NCBI GenBank assembly: GCA_010093705.1
Contig: MU006091.1
Location: forward strand, 806,001 to 870,000
Length of the DNA stretch: 64,000 bases
Direction: 5' to 3'
From: Patellaria atrata CBS 101060
Taxonomy: Eukaryota
Shown: positions 1 through 12,455 of the stretch, in pieces
Layout: each line of letters starts with the position of its first letter
How positions within the stretch are numbered: the first letter of the stretch is position 1
Notes under the pieces: model-generated
Seen by the model: the letters and a program-made list of their open reading frames with translations, nothing else
Database searches by the model: none
Told to the model about the DNA's origin: nothing
Position numbers and translations under genes: made by a program

Positions 1-160
1 AGATTTAGACAGCCCATATATATCATCCGGCAGACCAAATGGGACTAACAAGTTTATGACCCTTCAAAAGGTGACAGCTATGGTGCAGTCATGGGTATTC
101 AGGAGATTGCGGAGTATGGTCCAGTTACTGGATACAGTTTCTGTCATATCCTACAGAGTT

Positions 161-211
161 CAGTCTTCCGTACAGCTCAGTCTTTCGTACAGCTCAGTCT
201 TTCGTGCAGTT
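161..211. repeat. 17-bp minisatellite, 3 copies (cagtcttYcgtRcagYt)
   Basis: cagtcttccgtacagct / cagtctttcgtacagct / cagtctttcgtgcagtt in tandem; on the minus strand it lies inside an intron-like gtaaga...ctgtag segment. Confidence 0.85.
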
Positions 212-667
212 CACTCGTTTCTTACGTTCCCACATTTAAGTGCCGCCAAATTGTTGGTACTGTAGAATTCTGAATATAGGTCTGAAGTAACTTCACTGAC
301 GACGGGACGTCTCTGAGAGTGCCAGAACACTTCAGGAAGCATACATCAGTGAGAAAAGGGAGCTCAAGTTGGGAGGTTAACAGCGAGCAATTGAGGGGGT
401 TATGTAATGTAACACGTAGGTTTCTGTAACAATATGAAAGGATGGTTAGGACTTACTCTGGAATAGTTGAGTATTGATTAATCTCGTAAAGACTCCAAGC
501 TCCATTCTCTAGTTCAACTTCTTTTTCAGACCCATATCTAACGAACCTTCAACAGCAATGAAAGAATATGACCGATCATCAACAACGTCTGTACAGAGTG
601 AGTAACCATTACGAAATTTAGCAATGATACAGTAATATGACAAAAAGAGCTTTCCAAGTCGACCCGA

Positions 668-1485
668 CTACAAAAACCCTGCAGCAAATGCAGCAATACC
701 TCCAACGAAAATGCCTCCAATAGAGTGACTAAATGCGCTTGCTCCACCTGTGCTCGTTGGGTTTTCTTCTGCGGATGTTTGAGTTTCCGAGGTAAGTACA
801 GTAGTGATTGCAGAATCGGTAGAAACACCGGATTCGACAGCTGTGGATTCTGAAATAACCGTCTCTACTGTTTCCGTCTCCACTGCCGTCGACCCTGGCA
901 TTGTAGGAGCAGCCGTGGTTCTCCGCGTTGCGGACGGAGAGTCAGTCAAATCTGCTGACCCCGTGTTCACGGGACCATTCACGATCGTGACGTCCTGCGT
1001 GACAACGGAATCAAAACTTGTGGTGGCAACTTCTGTTCCTGGACATCCATCGCACGAGAGCGTAACTGCTGCAACGCTTCCCGAAATGGACCATTCAATA
1101 TACTCCGTTACCGAGTTTCTAATTAATGTTAGAATGGTAAAGAGGAAGGGGAGACGGTTTCACCCACATTCCCTCAGTCTCGACTGGAACAACGTAGGTT
1201 GCTCTTATATACGGCAATGCATATGTTACTGCGGGTGAAAGCTCACAGCCTGGCTCCTGGTCTGGATCGCAAGCGATTCTGAACGTGGTCGTTGAGCCTT
1301 GCTAGAAGTTTATATCAGTTAGAAGTCAGGGCGGTGCGAAGGTTGAGTCTTACGGTGCCCAAGATTGAAATAGATATAGGTCGATTATCCTCTTCAGGTG
1401 ACCCAGGAAGGACCATCTGTGTGACAACCTGGGCATAGCTATGCGCGATCGTAAAAAGCCCTGCAAGCAATGCTAGCTTAGGCAT
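668..1485 (-). CDS. Secreted Ser/Thr-rich, probably GPI-anchored cell-wall protein (3 exons)
   Basis: Manual splicing gives signal peptide MPKLALLAGLFTIAHSYA from ATG 1485, introns gtaaga..ctag (1353-1302) and gtgggt..ttag, a Cys-containing N-domain, a Thr/Ser-rich stalk and hydrophobic tail STGGASAFSHSIGGIFVGGIAAFAAGFL*. Confidence 0.8.
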
Positions 1486-1870
1486 TTTTTCAGATTTAGC
1501 GAGTGAGATCTATGTTATCTCAGTTATCAGAGTCTCTCTAAGGTGTTGTGTTTAATGGATGTGTAACAACAATATAGGTGATTTGATACAGTATTCTGAA
1601 TGATATATAAAAGGTAATTTAGAGAGTCAAAGAGCAGACGTTTTAAACAATGAAGTCTTGTAACCGCCAGCCAAGAGATGCTCGTGTTGATATCGTTTTA
1701 TAGGATCAAGGGGATATTGGTAAGGCTGACTCGACGATGCGCTAAGCGAGTTTAGAGGCAAAAGCCCCTTTTTATTTACGTTTCTGATATCCCAAGCGAG
1801 AGATTCGAAGTCATCAAATATTATTATAGATATTACCGTCAAACCTGTGGCCTGTTTTTCTGCAATCAAG

Positions 1871-3323
1871 ATGCCAATAGTAGGACATTCGCCAATATCT
1901 CCTTCACCTCGCACAGAAATTCGATTTGATATACCTGCATCCGGAGCAGCAAATGGCCCCAGTTCAACCTATCTCATTTTTTTCATCCCGGGCAATCCAG
2001 GACTTATTGAGTATTATCATGAATACCTCGAACGATTATATATTTCCTTATCGTCCTTTACATCTCCGTCTGTCCCTGTCAAAGGTTCAATATTGACATC
2101 ACGTGAAAGAATGGAAAATGTTTCATTCGAATTATATGGGCGAAGCCTTAGAGGTTTCGAATGTGGTGAAGAGAGTGTAAAGCCTGATAAGATGGATGAT
2201 AAAACCTTAGAACTACCGCTCGGTCTACAGGATCAGATTTCTTTCGTGGAAAGGACGCTCTCACACACTTTCCATCGACTTCAGCACAATTCGACGAAAG
2301 GAGCTAGTAATGTGAACGTCATTCTCATTGGCCATTCATTAGGAACTTATATCTCACTAGAGATCATCCGCCGAGTGAGAGAAGAGATGGAGACGGCGAG
2401 CTTGCGCATAGCTGGTGCTATCTGTCTCTTCCCGACTGTAGTGGATTTAGCAGCGAGTCCCAAAGGTAAGAAGCTCAAGGTAAGTTCAAACTCTCTTTTA
2501 GTCACATTCCACGATCATGTATTGTCTATAAACTGGAACGAATGGTTGAGATGTGGTAGGATCATCTCGTTAAACGCTGACTATACCAGCAATAGCTCTA
2601 TAAGCTGTAGAGTCTAGGATTGTTGCTGTAGTGATGTTCAGCCGGCCATATCTTTTGAACAGTTAGTAACACCTCCCAACTAACAAAATTGTAGCATTTT
2701 CTCCATCTCCAATCTCTGCCAATTCTCATTCCCATATTATGCCACTTAATAAAGGTCATTATCATTCTCATCCCTTTACGAGTTCTTACACTCCTCATCC
2801 GCCTGGTCTTGGGCTTCGCCAATGATGCTGCTCGCACAACATCCTCTTTTCTCAAATCTAAGAATGGAGTACATCAGGCACTGTAAGTTTCTCCTCCTTC
2901 ATTTGCGATAGTGATTAAGGGGGTGAAAGATTTTCAATTCTTGAAGGCTCAAATACTTACAAGTAGAAAAGCTATATGGCAGTTGATGAGCTTCGTCAAA
3001 TGAACCACGATGCCTGGGACTCGGAAATTTGGGGCGCAACCCATCCTTCGCCTCACCCTCATCCTCGGCCCAAACTTTTCTTTTACTACGGTCAGAAAGA
3101 CGACTGGATTGCTGATGAGACTCGCGATGCGCTGATTAAATTGCGTGGACGAAACCATCGAAATGGTAATGATGATGATTGGAGGCCAATAATGGTGATC
3201 GATAAGAACAGAATACCGCACGACTTTTGCGTTAACAAGCACTACAGTCTCCTTATTGCGGAGAAATCGGCTGAATGGGTAGTTGAAATTGTTGATACTA
3301 TAGAGAGTGCCAAAGGGCCATAA
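1871..3323 (+). CDS. Lipid droplet-associated hydrolase (LDAH / YPR147C-like alpha/beta hydrolase), 3 exons
   Basis: FFIPGNPGLIEYY oxyanion motif, GHSLG nucleophile elbow, C-terminal DDW and PHDF; introns begin at ~2480 and ~2883. Confidence 0.8.
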
Positions 3324-3542
3324 TGATACTGAAAATGAATGACGTCAACAAATTCATAGTCAATAATATGGTGTTATTATATGTTTTCGTATCAGAGCGC
3401 TTAGGGAATGAAAGAGTCGCCTCAAAACTAACTCCAAAAACTCCTACCAAGGCAATGCTTTCTGAAGCCCCAGCAAAATATATCATTGTACAAAATTGCT
3501 CTAGAGCATTCTACATTCGACATTATAAGGAGACAACGTATG

Positions 3543-4050
3543 TCATGATAGCGAAATAGCTCCTCTACGGCTTTCACGCATGTGTAGGAAGGCTTGAGCA
3601 CCGCAAAATATAAGGAAGGCCTAATGAATTTTAAATTAATCCTTGACTCGAGTGATAAAGAACGTTTATATCCAGACATACCGCGTACACAACTACTGCC
3701 CCGAAGACACTGGCAGCCACAGCTCCGCCATCACTGGGGTCCTCTGTGGAGCCCATTACGATGTGAGACTCGGTCTATGTGAGGTCAGTATAGGGCCTAT
3801 CCCAAAGGGGCTGTCTGTTTGTAACTGTAGGGTAATGTCCAATGACAATAACCCGGACTCCGTCAATATAAAGGGTGGTTTACCTTGAACAAGGCACCTA
3901 TGACGGAAAGGATGACGATGGCGAAGACGGACACGATGATGCTAAGAGAACAGAATCAGCGGTCTATAACATTGAACAAAACAGACTGTATTCTCTTGAG
4001 CGTAAAGCTTACCATGTCCATGCATTCATAGCAGAGACAACGGGCTTCAT
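3543..4050 (-). CDS. YPR170W-B: V-ATPase V0 subunit f (RNASEK family), 88 aa, 4 exons
   Basis: Exons 4050-4013, 3941-3884, 3774-3682 and 3620-3543 splice in frame to MKPVVSAMNAWTCIIVSVFAIVILSVIGALFKTESHIVMGSTEDPSDGGAVAASVFGAVVVYAAFLIFCGAQAFLHMRESRRGAISLS*; two TM helices and a DP.DG..VA motif as I recall them from yeast subunit f. Confidence 0.9.
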
Positions 4051-4475
4051 GATTGCGACTTATCAGTATTGGATGGGGTTGGTTGGAATTCTCGGAGATC
4101 AGAGTCCAGACGTTGGATGATGAAGGTGATACAGGATAGAAAGCGAGGGGTGAGGAAAGATAGTAACACCCTCGACGTTCGATAGTTTATACGAAGTCTT
4201 GTCCGATTTACAGAATCAGAATAGAGGTGATTTCGTAATGGACGTTGCGGAGAGCTACCTTTGTATGCTAGGGCTAAACTTCGGCCTTTCCAATCTGAAG
4301 CTGGGGGCTGCAGGAGCTCAACGTCGGCTTCATGGTGATACTCGAGGATTAATATCAATTGCGTATTCACGACGCATATAAAAGGCCACCCCTCACTGCC
4401 CTGAGGATTTCTCTTTTTGCACCATGATCAGTAGTCGTATCCCCACCTCAGATTCTTTTCGCGCCTTAGGAAGTC

Positions 4476-7400
4476 ATGTCGCGGCTCCCACCAACCCGCT
4501 CTGGAAGTGGCTCTGAAGGTTATGGTAACAGTAACGGGTACCAGGATGAGGGCTATCAAGATCAATATAATAGGAGCTATGTTAGTGGAGGACCAGTTCG
4601 TGACGTACCCTCAGAGTCTCGCAGAGAGCGCCGCGCAGGGGGCTACGGCGGCTTTACCTCTCCTGCTGGTAACTCTGACTCCAGCCCAGTAGGACGACCA
4701 ACAAGCTTGGAACGCTCACGCGCGCACAGGAGAAGTGGAGAGAAGAAATGGGACACAAGCAGAAGCAGAAGCAGACCAGGAAGCGACGGCAACAGGCAAA
4801 TCGAGGAGGTGCTCAATTATATCCAACAGGATTGGGACTTTATGATGGACGATCAGTGCAATCCTATCCAAATCGCCCTAAAATTGTTAGACTCAAGTTC
4901 TCTCGGCTATGCTAACAGGTACGATGATTTTCGGAACACACATGAGCAGCTCCAGAACGCACTGAAAGCGATCGTAAACGAACATCATCAAGGTTTCAAC
5001 AGCTCTATTGGTACCTTCCACAAGATTCAGGCAAGTATCCAAGCATCGCAAACCCGGGTCAGATCTCTTAAGGAATCACTTGTCCAAGCGAAGTCAAATT
5101 TATCTACCACGAAACCGGAATTGCGAGGTCTTGCAACTTCTTCGCAAAACTACGATGACATGTTACAAATGCTTCAAACCATTGAATCGCTCCAGACGAT
5201 TCCCATGGAACTTGAAAGTCGCATTTCAGAGAAGCGATTTCTCACTGCTGTGGATATTCTACAGCAAGCGCTGCGAAAAATACGTCGATCTGAGATGGAT
5301 AATATCGGCGCGTTGAGCGACCTCAGAATCTATTTGAGTAACCAGGAGCACTCTTTAACCGACATCCTCATCGAGGAGCTTCATAACCATCTTTATTTGA
5401 AGTCTCCCTATTGCGAAGATAGATGGAAACTCCACTCGCGACAAGTGAAAGCCCTTTCAGGAACCTCAATACCCTCTAAAGATCTTCCACGGACTTCTTT
5501 AAAGAACTTTTTGGATCAGTTAGATACATCCGTCCCAATGGCTGAGGATGCGTCCCGAAATCCTGAAGCAGATACTTTTCAATATATTAAGCTACTAGTA
5601 GAATCGCTGAACAAAATGAGTCGCTTAGATGTAGCTATTGACACAATTGAGCAACGTCTTCCAGTTGAACTTTTCAAAGTTGTTGACAAGGCTAGTATCG
5701 AGGTTGAGCAACGCCATTCGGCTGCAATTAGAGGATATGGCAAAACATACCCAAGCGGGAAATTCAACGTTACCAAAGGAAATGACACCTCTAAGGCAGT
5801 TATTCTCAATGATCTATTAGATTCCCTATATGCTCGTTTTCTCGCCATCTCCGAAAGCCATCGAGTTGTTTTTCAGGTGGTAACTGGAATAGTCAAGCGG
5901 GATGGTCTCCAAGACGCTCCCACACTGACGCGTAGCTTTCGAGAACTTTGGAAACTGTACCAAAGCGAAATGCGCTCCCTATTGCATGACTATCTGTCGA
6001 CGGATGGTGATGTAAATTTCCGGTCGAATGGGAGTCAACAAGTGCATAATAGCGTCTTCCAGCGCCCTCAGCGTGACAAGTCAAAGAAGATGTTCAGATT
6101 TGCCGACATGGATGTCAAATCAGTGGAGATAGTATCTGAACGAGACGATCTCGAGTTTATTCTAAAGTCTTCGGTCCCCGGTCTTGTTTCTGACTCTAAA
6201 GCAACCGACGGTGCTGCGCAGCAGGATCAATCTAATATTACAGATGGTAGTGCAACAGGGCACAAGCTACTGGTGGATCCGAATATATTCAATATGGGGG
6301 TTCTTCTTCCACCCTCCCTCAAATTCATCGAAGACTTAAAGAAGGTTGTCCCATTGGGGTCTGATATTTTGACCAACACGTTACATTCTTTTCTTGACGA
6401 TTTCTTAATCAATGTGTTTCTCCCACAACTAGAAGAGACAGTAGTAGATCTTTGCTCCCAAACATTTATTGAACTTGATGCATTCCAGCAAGATCCACAA
6501 TGGGCTTCACGAGCACAAAAGCCTATATTTAAGGTGAGCTTAGCCCCATCCGTAAACCTCCAGAGTCGGAATTTGCGCTAATATTCAGTATAGGGAACCG
6601 CTAAGTTTTTCGATGTGATCACAGCATTTTGTAGTATGCTCGACAAGTTACCTCACGATCAAGCGTTCTGCCAGCTCATCATCACCCAGATGGTGACCTA
6701 TTTTGATAAATGTTATGGGTGGTATAAAGCAATAATAACGCGACCTGTAAAAGAGTCTACTGGAAGTCGTTTGAAAGTCGCTGCGGTGTATGCGGAATCC
6801 GGTCCCCTAATGGATTTATTAACAACATTCCCCGAAACACAATCCGAAGGAAACATACGTACACTCCTAGAACGAGAAAATAAACTGATCATAGAGATCA
6901 CCAAGCAATCGCTGGTAGACGAACTAGACATCATCAGAGACAAGAAAACTGTCGCCGGGCTTTCTCTACTATTCAATAGCATGAAGTGGTTGTCTAGCAA
7001 AGTCGCAAATCTGAGACAAATTAGCAACACGGCTACCGACACATTTAGGCATGACGCCGGAAATCAACGCACGAAGCGGCGCTGGACTGCATTTGCCACA
7101 CTGTCGCTGAAGAAAGATGGAGTTCCATACCTTCCCATGAACCAGGAGACTGCTGTAGCATTCGATGGGGTCGTGAACTCTTACCGACAACTAGCCACGA
7201 CGGTGATGCGCACATTACATCTCGAGATGAGGTTCCGTGCTGTGTTATATATTCAAAAAGCGCTTCTAGGCAATTACAGCAACGAACAATTGCAGAACGA
7301 TCCAGACCCGAACGTTGTCGAATTGAATGCCCAGTTTTCTAGCTTTGACGAGGAAGTGGCATCGTATATCCAACCCCAACATCACAAGTAAGCGCAATCC

Positions 7401-7828
7401 TGTAGTGTATCTTGAAGCAGCCACTAACACAACATAGATTCATCATTGCCGGTGTTGGATCATTGGTGGACCAACTCATTGTCACACTGTCCTCCACTAT
7501 CAAGGTTATGAACCCTGACGGATGTGCTCGTATGCAACTTAACATCCTAGTTTTGCAACAAAATTTGAAGAACATTGAACCGACTACCGATCTTTCGCGT
7601 AGTTCTACATATTTCGACTTTTTCTCCGATGGCCCAGATGGGATCATCGCACAAGCAGAGAAGAGCGGGGGCAAGGATTTGGGGTTCAGCTATGATGAAC
7701 TCAAGATACTCATTGAACTGTGCTACTCGGAGGCTATGGAATCTGGTAACCGGGAATCTGCATTGCAGGCCAAGAGGGCATTGGATGACCACCTTTTGCA
7801 GTTGAGCGAACATTTGTGGCAGAGTTGA
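4476..7828 (+). CDS. SEC8: Exocyst complex component Sec8, 3 exons
   Basis: N-terminal IVNEHHQGFNSSIGTFHKIQ and LIEELHNHLYLKSPY; C-terminal MQLNILVLQQNLKNIE; introns ~6534-6593 and ~7387-7437. Confidence 0.95.
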
Positions 7829-9614
7829 GGTGTAGGGTAGGCTCTTTGGTGAACGTTTGTGATAAAAGACCCCACTAGGTGTTATCGTGTATCATCATTG
7901 ATCGTATGCTTGTTGTTGAACTAGGGCACATCCCTTTAGGCAATATACAGAACGGAGAGATGGGGTTCGTTAGGGTCTTGATTAAAGGAACAGGATTACG
8001 TATGCAATGTGAGGTCGTCTACTCAGGCTATAGGATGTCGATAGAATTTATATATTCCAATTGTGTAAATCATAGCATTGCAAGGAATTGCCTTCCGAGT
8101 GGAATCTGATCTGTATGGAGTTGGCCCTTGAAAAGCGATGTGACATCAATGCGTACCTTGAAGAATAAATAAATACATGACGAACAAATACCTATAGTGT
8201 AAAATTGGAAATTGTGGATTATAGCAGTTTATCTTTATCACGCTATTTATCAATTTCTTCAATGAATTCCGAGCTCCCCCAATGAAGAAAATGCTTCAGC
8301 TAAACAGGAAACTGGGAGATCTAATAAGGTCACTCACTATGACGTGCTTATGCATATACCATAAGAAAGGGGTGGAGACGCAGGTTAGAGAGGTTCGAAT
8401 ATTACGCATCAAAGCTTACAATTCAGAAACAATGCATATTTCAAGTTAGCAGAACAGCTAGTGCTCAATAAGATAGCCCATATTTCTGAAATTCAAGTTG
8501 CCATCTGGAGACGAGAGTGATAACTATCAAGGGCAAATAAACGCTACATAAATACCTAGTCTAGATGGGAAATTTGCATTCCCTACCAACGCGGGTCTTC
8601 TTTTGCTGTTTTTTTTCTGATAGTTAAAATAAATGAGGTTCTTTTTGACGCGTACTCTTTATAGTAGTTATTCGAAATGGGTTTATGTAAATAAGAGCGC
8701 AAAGTGGAGTTACCAATACGATTCTTGTGGTTTTTGAATGATTGATACGGAAGAGAGATCAAAGAAACGTTAGGTGACTTGCATGAAATTCATGTTGTTC
8801 TCCAGAGACGAGATCCTAATAGAGAGGTTCGAACAGAGGAATACAGTGCCTCCCATACTACCCTGGTGATAGCCGTGAGCCGTCCGAGCATCATTGACAA
8901 ATCCGAATACTCAACTCCCACGGTTAGCCTAACACCCTTCAAGAGAAAGAAGACACGTACAAAACCACGAGGGAGGGGAAGGTACGTGTAAAACCACGAG
9001 TGACCACCCTCACAGTCTGAAAGTCACAACCACCTCCAACCACTGCTTTTTCCATAGAACTCGGGTATGTGGCTGAGTAGGCAGGTACTTCGTCTACCTG
9101 CAGTGCCGTCACAGTTGACCTCAAAGTCACCTGTGTTCGAGTTTTTCCTGTATCGATTTCCCTTTTTTTTTCTGTTTTTCCAACTACGATATCTATCATT
9201 ATTCAGATCTTTTTTTTTTGGGGGGGGGGGCTATCAAGCTAGGAAAACGAGGGTAATCTGTATCAAACCCGAGCACCTCACGGCACTGCAAGTACAATCG
9301 GTAGATATCTCATCCACTGGATAGCCCATCATACTGGTTAATGGTACTTAGGTATAGGACATGAATCATGTGCCTCGGGCGTATTCAAGAGTAAGTGCGC
9401 CGAATCTATTAACGATCTTATTTTACCTACGGTAAGTTATAAGGGTCTGATATAGTCTTGGTAGAAACAAACGTCAACCTTTGATACTCCGTAGGTTACT
9501 CGACGCTAGCAGTGAAGCCGAAAATTTTCCGTAGGCTGTCTTGATATTCAATGCTATTGCTGCCGCATTTACAAAAGTAACACAGCCAACTCCCAGAGCT
9601 CCTCCAACGCAACG

Positions 9615-10720
9615 ATGGACCAGGAAATGGCAGAAGCATTAGTCCCAGAGGTAAAGCAGATAGGAGGACGTGACGATCCGTAAGTAGAGTGGAGAGTCCA
9701 TATCTTCTTGCTAACTTAAGAAGGATCGCAATCGTTGAAGAGCGCCAGAAGCTTGGGTTAAGTACATACTGTGATGCCTGCAGTGGTGTACACCTTCCGC
9801 CATGTAGCGAAACCCACAAATCTGAGGCGAAGGTGACTGAAGCTGTAGCCACGGCTCTCATGCAGTCAAACGCAGCACCTGGCGTACTAGCTCAATCTTC
9901 GACTACTCTAATCAAAGGTCGCAGCGGTTTTGAGATGAGACGCGTCAGAAAACCTAGAAAACAAAAGGTTAATCGAGCACCGATGGCAAGTATCGCAAAC
10001 GTTCATTCTGCAAGGGTAGCGAAGATGGAAGGTAAAGCCACTAAGACGGAAAAGAAACAACAGATAAAGTCGGAAGGCATGAAGAGAGCCAAAGAAGAAC
10101 TACATACCCGTTTCGGTTCGGCGCAAGATATTCTGATGATCTCTGGAAAAGATATCAACGCTCTCAACCTTGGTTTGGACTCTAAACAGGAAAAGCAAAT
10201 AAAACAATACATGTGCATAGTGGCAGCTGGTATAAGGAGGGTCGTACAAGAGGGCGATCCACCTGAAGTCTGCCAGGAGAAGATACTCAAAGCGCAAGAA
10301 CGGCAAGAGAAGAAAAAGAAACGTCACAAACAGGATATCAAGGATGTCAAAGAAGATATCACAGCCCTGAAAGAGGATAACATGCGTCACGGTCTTGGAG
10401 AGGAGAACATATCTCAGCGAAAGAAGAGATGGAATCACCGAGAGAAAGAAATTCGTAAATCTACAACAGGAAGCATGAGCAATGCTCTTATTCAATCTAC
10501 TAATCCCGCTATCGAGCTAGAATCAAATTCGACCATGACGACTATGGCTGGCAATATTGAAGGGGTCCCTCATCCGAACCCATCAGGTGCTGATCTTCAT
10601 ATCTCTTTCAACTCTCTTATGGGGAGCATGAACAATCTATTTATCAGCAGCGATGAGGAGGAGGCAAGTTTGGTGGATGACAGCGAGATGACAGGCGTGT
10701 CCCTTGCCGGCTTCATCTGA
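9615..10720 (+). CDS. Hypothetical Lys/Glu-rich protein with a possible CCHC Zn-binding motif, 2 coding exons
   Basis: ATG 9615 (MDQEMAEALVPEVKQIGGRDDP); intron gtaagt..gctaac..aag (9680-9723) joins in frame to the long ORF; YCDACSGVHLPPC motif and coiled-coil-like basic region; no family recognised. Confidence 0.55.
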
Positions 10721-11233
10721 GGCATCCATTGAAGCGGGTGGTTTAGTCTTTACACTCTATAGAAGACGGGCATCTCTTTTACCCCTAGTCGTAGGATAAT
10801 TGCGTGGACATAGCACTTCAGAAGGAGGGACAGGAGATATCGGCTGTTCCGGATTGGGGATATGCGTGTAAGGAGGACATACTTGAGCAGGGCTTGAATC
10901 AGCTTGTATAGTAAATTTGAAAAATAAGAGCATACTGCGATATAGTATTGATTGGGCTTTTATTTTTGAGATTCATACTGTAATGTCTTTATACTTCAAT
11001 GTGCATCAACGTTCATCCCGTCGGGACGGAGGTTGAAACAAGAGACGAAATGCCAAGACCGGAGAGGTTTATTCTGCCTTACCGTATTTACTTCAGGTTC
11101 CTCAATTGCCCGAATTGCCCGCCACACGAGCATTCACTCAACTCAAATAAGCTCCCGGTACATTAGCACGGCCTTTCAAGGAGTTTCCATATCTTAATCA
11201 AACCCAAACTCTTTGCATTTGGACTCTTTCGCC

Positions 11234-11996
11234 ATGGCTGGGCTCAATCCCCAAATGTATGTACTCAAAGGTTGCTTTTACTCTGCGGGAACTTTAACTA
11301 ACAATACCCTCCTCATAGCACCAATCTGGTTATCATCCTGTACGTATCAGAAAGCATGTGTGAGATGAATCAAGAGGTACTTACTAAAGTCCAGCTTCTT
11401 CATGCAACTATCGAAGAAGATTCCTTTCGATGATCCAAATGTGCTTAATGGCGTTCGTGGCCTCTATATTTGCTCCAATATCATCATTGCGAGCCTATAT
11501 TTCTATTGCTACCAGCAGATAAACAACAAGCGAGGTAAGTGCCGCATTACTCTTGTTCCTCGTCGCATACATCTTTAGCGAACCATACTAACTTTGATCA
11601 GACATGACGGTTATCAAATATGTCGAACCATCTCCCATGGGTAGCACGGAGGAGCCAAAATCCGTTACAACGACAATCCACTCGTACGATCTCGGCCAGG
11701 TTCGTGCTCTCGTCAAGTCTCAAGCAATGGGTATTGCCATGATGTGTCTTATGCACCTCTACTTCAAATACACCAACCCTCTACTCATCCAATCGATAAT
11801 CCCGCTCAAGGGTGCGTTCGAGGGCAACTTAGTTAAGATCCATGTATTGGGACAACCGGCGACTGGGGACCTAAAAAGGCCATGGAAGGCTGCTGGTGGC
11901 TTCATGGGAGGTCTGCAAGGGGGAGAAATCAAAACAGACAAAAAGAGCATTGAAGCTGCTGAAAGGGCCGGCAGAGGAGGCGCGAAGGAAGAGTAG
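11234..11996 (+). CDS. PHO88: Pho88/Snd3 (SRP-independent ER targeting / phosphate transport protein), 4 exons
   Basis: Spliced MAGLNPQITNLVIILFFMQLSKKIPFDDPNVLNGVRGLY; C-terminal HLYFKYTNPLLIQSIIPLK...GDLKRPW. Confidence 0.92.
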
Positions 11997-12455
11997 ACAC
12001 AAGAATATATTCTCGTCTAGAGATCATGCATGTGCGATAGACCTTTGTTGGATTAATGGACATATTGTAGTCTCTGTTGTTCTGGCTCTCTTTTCGAGAA
12101 GGTCCAATGATCCAGGTCAAAAAAGCTATACCGAATGTATTAGATTTACACCGCTGTCTCTCAAGTCAAATAATGAGACGTATCTAATATATTCTTTATT
12201 TCTGAAGGCTGCGTACTGTTAGAGTTGTGGCAGTAAGTCGGTCCTGCATGTCATAATAAACTCCGACATCCACCTTAATACCGCAACATATGCACCTCAA
12301 GTACTGATCGAATTCACCCTGAGTGCTTCTTCTGCTGCTCTCATGTTGTTCTACTGATATCGAACTGCAAACACTTTTTTCCCCATTTGCTTTCAGTACT
12401 CATCTATGTGGTCAAGCTAGTTTCCTCCGAACCTTCCCCTCTGCAATAGATAATC

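Noticed and set aside
161..211. CRISPR-like array
   Set aside because: Repeats are contiguous with no spacers, the context is eukaryotic and there are no cas genes
8385..8835. Repeated TAGAGAGGTTCGAA (two copies ~435 bp apart) as tRNA B-boxes or element ends
   Set aside because: No downstream TCC, no A-box or cloverleaf, and no further similarity between the copies
9391..9494. Stwintron (nested intron)
   Set aside because: Excising the inner GT-AG unit does not rebuild a canonical donor or acceptor; alternative donors are the simpler reading
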